Assembly (NCBI GenBank): GCA_000146465.1
Contig: CP001946.1
Direction: 5' to 3' (one strand)
DNA: 64,000 bases
Positions 19,305 to 28,883 of the stretch are shown piece by piece. Both the position numbers and the translations under genes were made by a program. The notes below the pieces were generated by a model. That model had not been told where the DNA came from. It worked only from the letters and a program-made list of their open reading frames with translations, and ran no database searches. Each line of letters opens with the position of its first letter. Within the stretch, counting starts at the first letter, position 1.

Positions 19305-19988
19305 ATGAATGGCATCTTAAGCTTAGTTCTATTTGAATGGGCCATGTGCTTAGAAAAGGCTTTTAACCCTGTTCTCCCATCGACCGACTTTTATAAACCA
19401 AGCACAACATCTTCTGATAATGGACTTCTTGGGCCGAAGATTGAGGGATCGGCTGGTATTCATGATCCAGTGGCTTTTGGAGAAGGAAACTTCTACAAAC
19501 TTCTGCATCCATCGATGACTCGACTAACCAGCTATCTGAACGACCACAGCTCGGAGTTCAGCGAATGGTATCGCTCTCCTAGCTTGATCATGGGCGAGGA
19601 CCTTAAGGAAAAGATCATCTCTGGTCTGTACAAGGCCCAACCCAAGGATGACAAGGAGCTCAAGGAGTTCTGGGGTCTGATAATGGGAGAGCTTCTTATC
19701 AGAGACCTTCCGGAACTGAAGTCGGACCTTTCGAGCCTGAAGGAAATCCAGAACGAAGAGGATAAGAAGAAGAGCATAGCCGAGTTCAAGGGGATCAATG
19801 AGAAGAGGATCAACGAAGAAAACAACTTCTTTGGAACAGCATTGTTTATTCTAGATTGTCTTTCTCTCGGAGTAACCAACCGAAATGCAGAAATCTATCC
19901 CGATGTTATTGGGCCGTTCGTGGATGCAGCAATTGCCTTCAAGACTCTTGAGCATAGCTTTTCAAACATAATTGGATCTTCTAAATAG
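19305..19988 (+). CDS. hypothetical protein with a hydrophobic N-terminus (possible signal peptide), 227 aa
   Basis: MNGILSLVLFEWAMCLEKA... followed by a polar, Lys/Glu-rich body with no recognisable domain. It may be a lineage-specific secreted protein. Confidence 0.45.
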   Translation: MNGILSLVLFEWAMCLEKAFNPVLPSTDFYKPSTTSSDNGLLGPKIEGSAGIHDPVAFGEGNFYKLLHPSMTRLTSYLNDHSSEFSEWYRSPSLIMGEDLKEKIISGLYKAQPKDDKELKEFWGLIMGELLIRDLPELKSDLSSLKEIQNEEDKKKSIAEFKGINEKRINEENNFFGTALFILDCLSLGVTNRNAEIYPDVIGPFVDAAIAFKTLEHSFSNIIGSSK

Positions 19989-20082
19989 CTTAATTTGTGG
20001 GAAGCAAATAGGCTCTAATGAAGAATAAAATGTATATATGTGGTTTCGTGATATTAGTGGGTCCCTGCGGCCGGCCCGTCGA

Positions 20083-20165
20083 GGTGGCGTGGCCGAGCGG
20101 TCTAAGGCGGCAGACTTAAGATCTGCTATCGGAAGATGTCGTGGGTTCGAACCCCACCGCCACCA
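20083..20165 (+). tRNA. tRNA-Leu (anticodon TAA), type II with long variable arm
   Basis: Acceptor stem GGTGGCG/CGCCACC, anticodon stem gcaga/tctgc with loop cTTAAga, extra arm tatcggaagatgtcg, T-arm gtggg-TTCGAAC-cccac, discriminator A. Confidence 0.9.
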
Positions 20166-20168
20166 TTC

Positions 20169-20180
20169 TTTTGTGTTTTT
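20169..20180 (+). terminator. Pol III T-run terminator downstream of tRNA-Leu
   Basis: tcttttgtgttttt lies directly 3' of the tRNA. Confidence 0.5.
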
Positions 20181-20246
20181 CCTCTCCTCAGAGTCCTGTC
20201 TCTGGACAATCTGCCAAAGACTTCCAAGTCTAAAAAACGAAAAGAT

Positions 20247-20900
20247 TTAATAGAGAGTTATTGGTGATGTTTGATTGGTCTTGATCATCACTCCCTTCAA
20301 GCTTTGCGAGCCCTTCTTCAGGTATGAGATGAGCAGCCCCATCCCTGTCTTGATGTTTTCATATATGTGGTCTGTTTCCATTCCAGTATGGCCCACAGGA
20401 AACGAGGTAACTGCAAAGTCCTTGATACGGAGCTTGTAAGACCTTTTTGCCGTCTCAAATACCGTCTTGATATCGTCGTCGTTCTTAAGAATATAGGGTG
20501 TCTTTCCACACCGAAGAATGTTCTTGAGCTGGAAGACCTTGTTATATCCTGGGCAGAGGATAAAATACTTGTTCCTCTTCAGCACCTCGTCTCTCTTGGC
20601 TTTCTTGTTGTCTCCGCTGATCTCTTCAATAGACACATACGGTACCTCTGCATCAACACATGTCTGAACATGTGCCTCATCGGCAATCACAATTGTCTTG
20701 TCGAGTCTTCGCACCTTGTAGGGAAAGGCCATGTCCTTCGACAGTTTATTATCTTTCCTGGCATCATATCCCTTGAGATTCACTTGGATCTGGATCGTAG
20801 CTGTCTTCTCTGCATCCTCGTTTTCCTTCAGACGGTTGATAACCGAGATAATTCTCTTGGCCTCAAGAAATGCAAGTTGCTCCTCGCCTTGCTTGCTCAT
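20247..20900 (-). CDS. RPL10A: 60S ribosomal protein L10a (uL1)
   Basis: MSK...IQIQVNLKGYDARKDNKLSKDMAFPY, FILCPGYNKV, IKDFAVTSFPVGHTGM and the SPITLY end match the L1/L10a family. Confidence 0.9.
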   Translation of the reverse strand: MSKQGEEQLAFLEAKRIISVINRLKENEDAEKTATIQIQVNLKGYDARKDNKLSKDMAFPYKVRRLDKTIVIADEAHVQTCVDAEVPYVSIEEISGDNKKAKRDEVLKRNKYFILCPGYNKVFQLKNILRCGKTPYILKNDDDIKTVFETAKRSYKLRIKDFAVTSFPVGHTGMETDHIYENIKTGMGLLISYLKKGSQSLKGVMIKTNQTSPITLY

Positions 20901-21040
20901 CTTACCCCTTGTAAAGGCAAAAATTTTTAAATCTTCTTCAGGATCCGAGAAAGATCCTTCTATTTAAACAGCTCTATGGCATTCTATTTTATTATGTCTG
21001 TGTTCTTGGAAATGAACATAGCCCATGGCATAGGCCCTGG

Positions 21041-21871
21041 TCACTTGTAATTACTGTAGCTACAGTGGATCTTGTAGTGTTGTAGCATATTGTCTTTTCT
21101 AGAGAACCTCTTGTTGCAGTCCTTGTTCAAGCACTTGAACGGCCTCAATCTGGTATGAACTATGTAGTGCCTTTTAATTCTACTCAAGGTAGGCAACTCC
21201 ATAGTGCATCCCTCGTACGGGCAGACGTAGGACTTTACCCCATTCTTGGATTTATAAGGGAACATCGATGTTTCAAAGTCTGCAAAGCTTTCTATTCCTG
21301 CTTTCCTTGTATCGGAATCCTCCTGAGATACCGACAGCGACTCAGAATCCCTGGACTTCCTGCCCGCCTCAGGCTCCACTTTATTTACCTCTTCCAGCAC
21401 TTCTCTCTTTCTTCTTTTTATCTCCCTTTTCTTCTCGTTGGCCTCTCTGTTCATCTCCAGGTGTCTGTTGATCCTTCCCCTGACAATCCTCCTCATCTCT
21501 TCCTCGGCCTCAAGAATAAGAAACCTTAAGGACATTAGCTTCTCGTCAAACTCCTCCGAATCTTCACTATGAACTGACCATTGGCTCTCAACCGACATAG
21601 GCGTGTTCAATCCGTCGCTGTTGTCGTTTCCATGGTATTGGGTGCGGCACTTCTTTTTGTCTCTAGGGTCTATGTCTTTATTATAAACACTTCCCCATGG
21701 GTAGCCTAGAGAAGAAAAGTCTCTGTTCCGCTTTCTCTTTTCTCCTCGATATCTGTTCCCTCCTCGTCCCAGCTCATAGAACCCTAGATAATTGCTATCG
21801 TTTTCATCTCTGCTTGATTCCTCGCTGAAGTCGAGCCTTCTTCGATTCATCTCCACTCTGTTCTTCAACAT
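21041..21871 (-). CDS. C2H2 zinc-finger protein
   Basis: C-terminal YVCPYEGC...[35 protein letters not shown] gives two C2H2 fingers. The N-terminus is acidic, charged and low-complexity. Confidence 0.7.
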   Translation of the reverse strand: MLKNRVEMNRRRLDFSEESSRDENDSNYLGFYELGRGGNRYRGEKRKRNRDFSSLGYPWGSVYNKDIDPRDKKKCRTQYHGNDNSDGLNTPMSVESQWSVHSEDSEEFDEKLMSLRFLILEAEEEMRRIVRGRINRHLEMNREANEKKREIKRRKREVLEEVNKVEPEAGRKSRDSESLSVSQEDSDTRKAGIESFADFETSMFPYKSKNGVKSYVCPYEGCTMELPTLSRIKRHYIVHTRLRPFKCLNKDCNKRFSRKDNMLQHYKIHCSYSNYK

Positions 21872-22039
21872 TTCTTCCTTTTCCCTCTATCGATTATATT
21901 TCCGTTCCATGATTAAGGAGTTGTACTCCTTATCTGCTATTGCCAATGGCAGGGCTCGGAACAACCATATTTCCACCCATCCTCCAAAGACTCGTAAAGA
22001 GTGCAGCCGTAAAAATTTGTAGAAACAAAGGCCTCACTC

Positions 22040-23107
22040 ATGATATTTTCAATAGGAGACCAGAAAAAGAAATACGAGACAAGGGAGGATGTCTCAGGGG
22101 TGGTACAAGAAATAAAAAAGTCTCTGGACGAGCTTGTGGAGGTTGATCTGTCTGGAAACCATTTTTCCGAAGAGGCAATGGAAGAAATATGCCATGTCCT
22201 CAGGGATGCCAAGAACCTCCACGTGATCAATCTTTCCAGTGCGTTTCTGGGCCTTGACAAGGAGAAGCTGTACTCTAATCTCGCCATGCTTTCAAAAATG
22301 CTTGCCAATCACAAGATACAGAAGATTGACCTGAGCGACAATGCCATAAGCTCGGAGTTTCCCCCTGAGCTCGGGGAGTTTATTTCCTCGTCCACTGATT
22401 TGGTCCACTTGAAAATGAACAACTGTGGGCTTGGGAAGATCGGAGGGGGTAGGCTGGGAGAGTATCTTCTCAAGATAGCAGACAAGACCAAGCTGGAGGT
22501 GGTGGATATTGCCCAGAACAGGTTTTTCTCTTTTCCAAAGGAGCTTTCCGACGCACTGCTAGGATTCAAGAATATCAAGGAGCTTCGAATCCAGTACAAT
22601 ACAATCGAGGAAGAGACAATGCTTGAGTTCCTAAGGGCATTCCAGAGCCATTCTCTTGAGGTGCTTGACATAAGAGATAACTTCCTGTCTCTAGAAGGGT
22701 CCAGATACCTGGGGAGTCTTTATTGTGAATGGAATCTGAGGGAACTCAGGGTTGGAGACTGTATGATGGGAAACGAAGGAGTGAAGGATTTCCTCGAAAG
22801 AGCAAACAAGAAATTTGTGCCAATGGCCCTTCCTGGGGATTACGACGGCAAGAGGGAAAGAATTGCCCTCGATATATCGTACAATGAGTTTGAGCAAGAT
22901 GCTGTTGAAATTCTCAAGGACTTCTGCAGTCGGAATATCATCAAGGAGCTCGTTGTGTTTGGAAACTACTACGACGACATAAGCGATATCATCGATATTG
23001 TTGAAAAGCAAGGAGGAGTTGTTATAACTGAGGAGCATACAGATCTGTCCAGCGACTCTGGGATGGAGATAGATGAGTCTGTGATTGAAGGGATTGCAGA
23101 GATGTAG
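22040..23107 (+). CDS. leucine-rich-repeat protein, Ran GTPase-activating protein (RanGAP1/Rna1)-like
   Basis: Repeated LxLxxNxL LRRs (DLSGNHFSEEAM, INLSSAFLG, DLSDNAISSEF, LKMNNCGLGKIGG) plus an acidic C-terminal tail, as in RanGAP. Confidence 0.6.
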   Translation: MIFSIGDQKKKYETREDVSGVVQEIKKSLDELVEVDLSGNHFSEEAMEEICHVLRDAKNLHVINLSSAFLGLDKEKLYSNLAMLSKMLANHKIQKIDLSDNAISSEFPPELGEFISSSTDLVHLKMNNCGLGKIGGGRLGEYLLKIADKTKLEVVDIAQNRFFSFPKELSDALLGFKNIKELRIQYNTIEEETMLEFLRAFQSHSLEVLDIRDNFLSLEGSRYLGSLYCEWNLRELRVGDCMMGNEGVKDFLERANKKFVPMALPGDYDGKRERIALDISYNEFEQDAVEILKDFCSRNIIKELVVFGNYYDDISDIIDIVEKQGGVVITEEHTDLSSDSGMEIDESVIEGIAEM

Positions 23108-23283
23108 GCGGCAGGGATTTGGCTGATCCTCTACAGGAATTCCTTAGTCTACGGTGTTGGAATAAATGGTTGTTCTGCCTAAGCGCTTCTTGTGTTGACT
23201 GGGAGTAATATCTGGAAATGTTTGGAAAATTGGACGATGAATAAAATGAAAACCCGTCTTTGGGGTAAGAAGAAGATTTCTGG

Positions 23284-25362
23284 ATGATCAAAAAAGACGC
23301 AGAAGAGATTCTTATGGATCCTCTTGCAGGAAACATCATTGATGCAGAGGAAATAGTTGCAAGGAGCGAGATAAGGGATGAGCAAGCAAGAGTTTTGGAA
23401 GAGGAAAAGGAAGATGGAAGAAAAGGATCCAGATATAAAAGGCTGCAGACTGTCTTGGGAGAAGGGACATTCAAGAAGGTTTACAAAGCAGTTGACCAGG
23501 AGGAGGGGAAGGAGGTTGCATGGAATGAGATCAAAATCAACGAGAAGGGGCAGGACAGCAAAGAGAGGGCATTATTTGCCAATGAAATAGCACTCCTGAA
23601 GTCTATTTCACATCCTAACATCCTTCGGATCCTCGACTATTGGTTTACGGCTGACAGCTTTATATTTATCACGGAGCTGATGAGTGGAGGAACACTCCGG
23701 GAGTACATAGCAGAGATAGGGGATCTGAACGTCAAGCTTATAAAGAAGTGGGGAAGGAACATTCTTGAGGGACTTGTGTATCTTCACAGCCAGGATCCTC
23801 CGATTATCCACCGGGATATTAAGTGCGAAAACATCTTTGTGAATGCAGCTCTTGGAGAGGTGAAGATAGGAGATCTTGGGGTTGCCAAGGAAAGAAGGAT
23901 GAAAAGATATACTGTTGTTGGAACTCCGCAGTTTATGGCAAGAGAAATGTTTGAGGGAGAAGGATATGGGGAGAAGATAGATGTGTATGCATTTGGGATG
24001 TGTTTGATTGAGATGGCAACGGGGGCGTATCCATATAGGGAATGCACTACGGCTGCAGAGGTCTACAAGGCAATTATACAAGGGGTTCCTCCTGTTGTCT
24101 TGAACTCTATCAAGGACGTATGTCTTAGGAATCTGATTATGAACTGCTTAGTCTCTGAAAAAGACAGGCTAAGGAGTGTGGATTGCTTGAAGCACCATTT
24201 CTTTGACAGTAGTAGCACATGCAATGGAGAATGCATTCCTGCTGAGTGCATGTCTGGAGTTCCTCTGACAGCACCTGCAAATGACATGGAAATAAGTTTT
24301 CTGTCATTCAAGGATAATGTAATTACATTTCAATTGTTTTTCATGAGCATGGCAAGGTTCATCAAGTTTGACTACGACCTCCAGTCAGACACTGTTGAGG
24401 ATGTTGCAAATGAGATGCTGGAGGAGGAGGTAGTATCTGAGGATCAGAGAGACACGCTTCTTGGGCTTCTATCACGGGGAATTGAAAAGGCAAAGCAGCG
24501 GATTGAAGAGATGGAGTGTAAGAATACAGAAGAAGAGATGAAGAAGTTGAGCATAGATACAGAGAAGGAAAAGAGCAAGGCAGAAGGGCCGAAGAATGAT
24601 TTCAACAAAATAACGGACAGAAATCTGAGTATAGAGGAGGTTGAATCGATGCTGGAGATAGATGTGAAGTTTTGCCAGGATGAGACCAGCCGTCTGTATA
24701 CCTGGTCCAGAACGGTAAGAAATGGGGATTCGAAAGTGGGGGTGGAAATTGGATCTTCTCCAGACCATTCGCCAGAACTATTACCCAGCGAAGGAATAAT
24801 GGAGGAACAGAAAAAGACTGGGGGAGGAAAGTGCTTCGACGAACTGGAGTGTCCCAATAGAAAATACGATGAAGATGTCTCTATTGAAGAGTTTGCAGCA
24901 GATGTTTCGGTTGCGACAAAGAGATCATCTGAAACAGTTACCAATTGGATAAAGGCATTCAAGTCGAATGATATCGACAGTGTGTTTGAACTAAAGATTC
25001 TTGTGGACGAGGACTGGGACAAGCTTGGGCTCACTGTTTTTTCGAGCCGAGCCATGAAGAACATGCTCTATGGAGTTGGCAAGATTCCTCTGAAGGAGAA
25101 GCAGCTTCCTACCAACACCTCGATCAAGGACTATGGAGGAGGGGTTGAGATCAAAGAGTTTCTCCATGAGATCGGGGCTATAGTTGGTAAGGACAAGTGT
25201 GTGTCTATCTGGGAAAGCAAACTTCTTGCACAGGATATTAGGACTGTCGAGGAGCTCCGATCGCTGCACCAGGACGACTGGGATAGACTGGGTCTATCTG
25301 TGTACTCGTGCAGGGTGATCAAGAATGTTATTTACAAAAAAGGAAGAGTAGTGCTTTGCTGA
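23284..25362 (+). CDS. WNK-like Ser/Thr protein kinase with two tandem C-terminal SAM-like domains
   Basis: Kinase: GEGTFKKVYKAV...KEVAWNEIK (Lys in the Gly loop, none in beta3, the WNK hallmark), IIHRDIKCENIFV, VKIGDLGVA, GTPQFMAREM. C-terminus: two about 50% identical repeats (LKILVDEDWDKLGLTVFSSRAMKNMLYG / LRSLHQDDWDRLGLSVYSCRVIKNVIYK) fitting the SAM consensus. Confidence 0.8.
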   Translation: MIKKDAEEILMDPLAGNIIDAEEIVARSEIRDEQARVLEEEKEDGRKGSRYKRLQTVLGEGTFKKVYKAVDQEEGKEVAWNEIKINEKGQDSKERALFANEIALLKSISHPNILRILDYWFTADSFIFITELMSGGTLREYIAEIGDLNVKLIKKWGRNILEGLVYLHSQDPPIIHRDIKCENIFVNAALGEVKIGDLGVAKERRMKRYTVVGTPQFMAREMFEGEGYGEKIDVYAFGMCLIEMATGAYPYRECTTAAEVYKAIIQGVPPVVLNSIKDVCLRNLIMNCLVSEKDRLRSVDCLKHHFFDSSSTCNGECIPAECMSGVPLTAPANDMEISFLSFKDNVITFQLFFMSMARFIKFDYDLQSDTVEDVANEMLEEEVVSEDQRDTLLGLLSRGIEKAKQRIEEMECKNTEEEMKKLSIDTEKEKSKAEGPKNDFNKITDRNLSIEEVESMLEIDVKFCQDETSRLYTWSRTVRNGDSKVGVEIGSSPDHSPELLPSEGIMEEQKKTGGGKCFDELECPNRKYDEDVSIEEFAADVSVATKRSSETVTNWIKAFKSNDIDSVFELKILVDEDWDKLGLTVFSSRAMKNMLYGVGKIPLKEKQLPTNTSIKDYGGGVEIKEFLHEIGAIVGKDKCVSIWESKLLAQDIRTVEELRSLHQDDWDRLGLSVYSCRVIKNVIYKKGRVVLC

Positions 25363-25497
25363 GCGACTAGCTGGCTCTTTACGATATTAAAGAACGGGTT
25401 TCTCCATAATCTATCTTGGGATTTTCGCAGTCTGTTATGTGGGAGGGATTTTGGAACTTTCTGGAGCAGGGAAGTTAAAAGAAAAGAAGGGTAGCCC

Positions 25498-25722
25498 ATG
25501 AGAAGGATGAGCAAGAGCTATGATGTTATTCAGATTCCAGGAAGTATCAAGCACTCAGACCTTCCCGAGAGAATGGAGATTGGAAAGCCCTTTGAGATTA
25601 ACGGAGACTTGTATATATGTGAGAAGAGGGGCGAAGGAATGATGAAGGTATGCTCTGAGAGCGAGGGAAGGACAAGCACGCCTGTCTTGAGTCGGGGGTT
25701 TTATGTAGTCCGGAGGATGTGA
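25498..25722 (+). CDS. small hypothetical protein, 74 aa
   Basis: ATG-initiated ORF in a 424-bp spacer that is unusually long for this locus. The ATG is directly preceded by 'gggtagccc'. No domain recognised. Confidence 0.3.
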   Translation: MRRMSKSYDVIQIPGSIKHSDLPERMEIGKPFEINGDLYICEKRGEGMMKVCSESEGRTSTPVLSRGFYVVRRM

Positions 25723-25786
25723 ATATGTCAAACATATTTCATAAATGATTGAAGTCTATATAAGAAAGCTAAAAGAATAAACAACA

Positions 25787-27310
25787 ATGAAGACAGAAAT
25801 TAAAGACTTGTTTGAGAAGGACAAGAACAGAGCCAAGAAGCTGGCCAGAAAAGTTGATGTGGGAAAGGAGTTTATATACTATGACTTCTCGAAGACTCAT
25901 ATCACGGAGGAAATCATTGACAGATACTTGGAAAAGATGGATGGATTTGGAGAAAAAATAGAGGGAATGTTTAATGGAGAAAAGATAAACTATACCGAGG
26001 ACCGGAAGGTTCTGCATGTGGCACTGAGGGATAAGGAAGTGCTGAGGGGGATTTCTGGAGAAGATGTGAAGCTGGACTCGGATCGTAAGATGGTTTATGA
26101 CGAGTTGATGAAGATCAAAGGATTTGTAAAGGATTTCGATGAAGGAAAGATATGTGGAGTAACTGGGAAGAGGTTAGAAATGATTGTCAACATAGGAATT
26201 GGAGGAAGTGATCTTGGGCCCAGGATGGTGTGCGATGCACTTGAGTACTATGGAAGGAAGGGGATAAAGACTTACTTTATCTCAAACATCGATGCAACGA
26301 ACACAATCAAGGTTTTTGAGAAGATTGACCCTGAAAGAGCTTTATTTATTGTGGTAAGTAAAACATTCACGACGCTTGAGACCATCAAGAATGCCGAGCT
26401 TTCAATGAGGTTTCTGGAGAAGAGGCTTGGTAAAGACAGAGCTGAGATTGCAAGTAAACATTTTGTTGCAGTGAGCTCGAATGTAGACGAAGTCAGGAAA
26501 CACAACATTTCCCGTGTGTTTTCGATGTGGGACTTTGTTGGAGGAAGATTCTCCCTGTGGTCTGCAGTTGGGCTGTCAATAGTTCTCTACATTGGATTTG
26601 ATAACTTCATATGTCTACTTAGAGGAGCTTCTGTTGTTGACGAATATTTCCGAAAGAGCCGGGGAAGGTCAAATGCTGAGATGATGCATGCGATTGTGGA
26701 GCTGTTCTATTCGGAGAGGGGATACAACAACAAGTGCCTTGTCTCCTATGACGAATACATGAGGAAATTCTATCTGTATCTCCAGCAAGCGGAGATGGAA
26801 AGTAATGGGAAACCATCGCAAAAAACAGACACAGGCTATATTATATGGGGAGGAAAAGGGACGGATGTTCAGCATTCGTTCTTCCAGTTGCTGCACCAAG
26901 GTACCAGGAAGATCTTGACGGAGCTTCTGATGCCTCTCAAACCTTTACATTCGGAGGAGGAGTACCATAGGATGGTTGTTGCAAATTGCTTGGCACAAAG
27001 CAGAGGCCTGATGATTGGAAAGGAAGATCCAAATCCAGAGAAGTCATTTGAAGGAGACAAACCAACCGTTACAGTCTGCTACTCTAAGCTCACGCCGGAG
27101 ACACTTGGCGCCATGATAGCGCATTATGAGCATAAGATATTCATTCTGGGGCTATACTGGGGCATAAACTCCTTTGATCAGCCTGGAGTTACTCTGGGAA
27201 AGAAGATAGCCATTGAAGTGCTTGAGTCCTTTGATGAGAAGAAAGAGTCGGAGAAGTTTGATGAGTCGACAAACGAGATGTTATGCCTGATGAGGAGCTG
27301 CAAGAGGTGA
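25787..27310 (+). CDS. PGI1: glucose-6-phosphate isomerase
   Basis: [14 protein letters not shown], the [13 protein letters not shown] signature, [12 protein letters not shown], and the expected length. Confidence 0.95.
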   Translation: MKTEIKDLFEKDKNRAKKLARKVDVGKEFIYYDFSKTHITEEIIDRYLEKMDGFGEKIEGMFNGEKINYTEDRKVLHVALRDKEVLRGISGEDVKLDSDRKMVYDELMKIKGFVKDFDEGKICGVTGKRLEMIVNIGIGGSDLGPRMVCDALEYYGRKGIKTYFISNIDATNTIKVFEKIDPERALFIVVSKTFTTLETIKNAELSMRFLEKRLGKDRAEIASKHFVAVSSNVDEVRKHNISRVFSMWDFVGGRFSLWSAVGLSIVLYIGFDNFICLLRGASVVDEYFRKSRGRSNAEMMHAIVELFYSERGYNNKCLVSYDEYMRKFYLYLQQAEMESNGKPSQKTDTGYIIWGGKGTDVQHSFFQLLHQGTRKILTELLMPLKPLHSEEEYHRMVVANCLAQSRGLMIGKEDPNPEKSFEGDKPTVTVCYSKLTPETLGAMIAHYEHKIFILGLYWGINSFDQPGVTLGKKIAIEVLESFDEKKESEKFDESTNEMLCLMRSCKR

Positions 27311-27412
27311 TCTAAGATGGGCTCACGAGGGTACTACCTTAATAAAATCCTCTCTTTGGTTTGTGTTCTTTGAGATTTGGTGAACGTTTTTTGGAGGAGA
27401 GGAAAACCCTTA

Positions 27413-28108
27413 ATGTTTTCATTCAAGGAAAGGATGAAGACATTTGCTTCATGGCCTGAGAACTACGGTGTTGCAACGCCGGAGGGTCTTTCCATTGCAG
27501 GATTTATCTGCCTATCTACGGAAGAGAACAATCTGACGGTGGAGTGTGTGTATTGCAATAAGACACTGGAATGCTGGGAAAGGACAGACATGCCGGCAAA
27601 GGAGCACTACCTCCACATGAACAGCTGTCCACTTTTCAATGTGAACAGATTGGAGAGCAGGGTAAAGATGTTCAATGGATGGAGTCTCAAGGAGGCGAAG
27701 GCACTTGCAAGAATGGGGTTTGTTAAGTACAACCTTGGAGAGTCGGACTTTATCTTTTGCTATAAATGCGGATCGATCAACAGAAGCCATTTGTGTGAAA
27801 GAAAGAGAGGGCATCCATACAGCTTGGAGAAGCGTGGGAGTGTATTTTTTTACGACTTAATCGAAGGCATTTACAACAAAGAGCTGGTGAAGCTTACAGA
27901 GTACAATGTATATATTCCACAGCACACCAAAGAGTTTCTGAAAGAAGTTACCGGTGGTTGTTTGGGGTCGGTTTTTCGAAGTGTCGAGGATGTGATAGAA
28001 GAATACATGGGAAACAAGCTGTTTGAAATAGACAAGGCTATGAGCCATGATATCGAGAGAGCTCTTGATGAGGTGGTGGCGGGAATTGGAAAAAAAAGCC
28101 TGGGATGA
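27413..28108 (+). CDS. BIR-domain protein (survivin/Bir1-like)
   Basis: The ORF-track start (27377) is TTG. The first ATG at 27413 is preceded by 'aaaaccctta'. BIR: RMKTFASWPE...AGFICLS...VECVYCNKTLECWERTDMPAKEHYLHMNSCPLF. A second, degenerate BIR-like Cys/His segment follows. Confidence 0.8.
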   Translation: MFSFKERMKTFASWPENYGVATPEGLSIAGFICLSTEENNLTVECVYCNKTLECWERTDMPAKEHYLHMNSCPLFNVNRLESRVKMFNGWSLKEAKALARMGFVKYNLGESDFIFCYKCGSINRSHLCERKRGHPYSLEKRGSVFFYDLIEGIYNKELVKLTEYNVYIPQHTKEFLKEVTGGCLGSVFRSVEDVIEEYMGNKLFEIDKAMSHDIERALDEVVAGIGKKSLG

Positions 28109-28179
28109 GGATGTAGGCAATGATACGATCTTGGCCTGGGAAATTAGAGGTAAATTTTTTTTCGAGTCTACCCTTGTGA

Positions 28180-28862
28180 ATGAAGGTAAGTGGACTTTGA
28201 AAGACTAATTTCAGTTAAACATAGCATATCCAACGAATGGTACACAGAAGATGTTTGAGATTGAAAGAAAGGTGGAATCAAGGCTTTACGACAAGAAGAT
28301 AGGAGATCAGTTTGATGGGGGAATTCTCGGAGAAGAGTTTGAAGGAACAATTATGGAGATCACAGGAGGAGACGACTATCAGGGCTTTCCCATGGTAGGG
28401 GGGCACTTGACGAAGAAGAGAGTAAGGCCTCTTCTATCGAAGGGGGATACAGGATACCGATGCAGACGCAAGGGAGAGAGGCGGCGCAAAAGCGTCCGTG
28501 GATCGATTGTTTCTGAGCAGACCTGTGTACTGAGCCTGATAATTCTGCGAGCCGGGGAGAAGGAGATAGATGGGCTTACAAATGTTGTCAATGACGTTTC
28601 CCATCTTCCCAGGAAGGAGAAGAAGCTTAGGAAGATGTTTGGGATTCCTGCAGAGGAAGAAAACGTTGTGGGATACATCAGGAACATATTTAAGTCTGAA
28701 TGTGAAGATCCAAAGAAGATACCCAAGATTCGGTGCAATGGAAAGAAAATAAGGAAGGAAAAAGAAAGAAGAGAGGAGGCTAGGAAGATCAGAGGAGAAA
28801 GAAGAAGAATATTGGAGGAGGAAAGGAAAGCATATCTTGAGAAGTACTTCAATAAAGCCTGA
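28180..28862 (+). CDS. RPS6: 40S ribosomal protein S6 (eS6), spliced: join(28180..28185, 28215..28862)
   Basis: The ORF-track ORF (28251..) lacks the conserved N-terminus. Exon 1 is ATG AAG (MK) at 28180-28185 and exon 2 starts TTA AAC ATA GCA..., giving MKLNIAYPTNGTQKMFEIERKV, which matches the RPS6 N-terminus [24 protein letters not shown]. The body has LLSKGDTGYRCRRKGERRRKSVRGSIV. Confidence 0.85.
28186..28214 (+). other. spliceosomal intron (29 nt) in RPS6
   Basis: gtaagtggactttgaaagactaatttcag has a canonical GTAAGT donor, an ACTAAT branch-like motif 5 nt before the TTTCAG acceptor, and an in-frame stop (TAA 28206-28208) inside the intron. Confidence 0.8.
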
Positions 28863-28883
28863 TTTATTTTCTAGCAATTCTGT

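Noticed and set aside
24444-25064. 206-aa minus-strand ORF antisense to the WNK-like kinase gene
   Set aside because: Antisense to the kinase's conserved C-terminal region, with serine-rich low-complexity translation.
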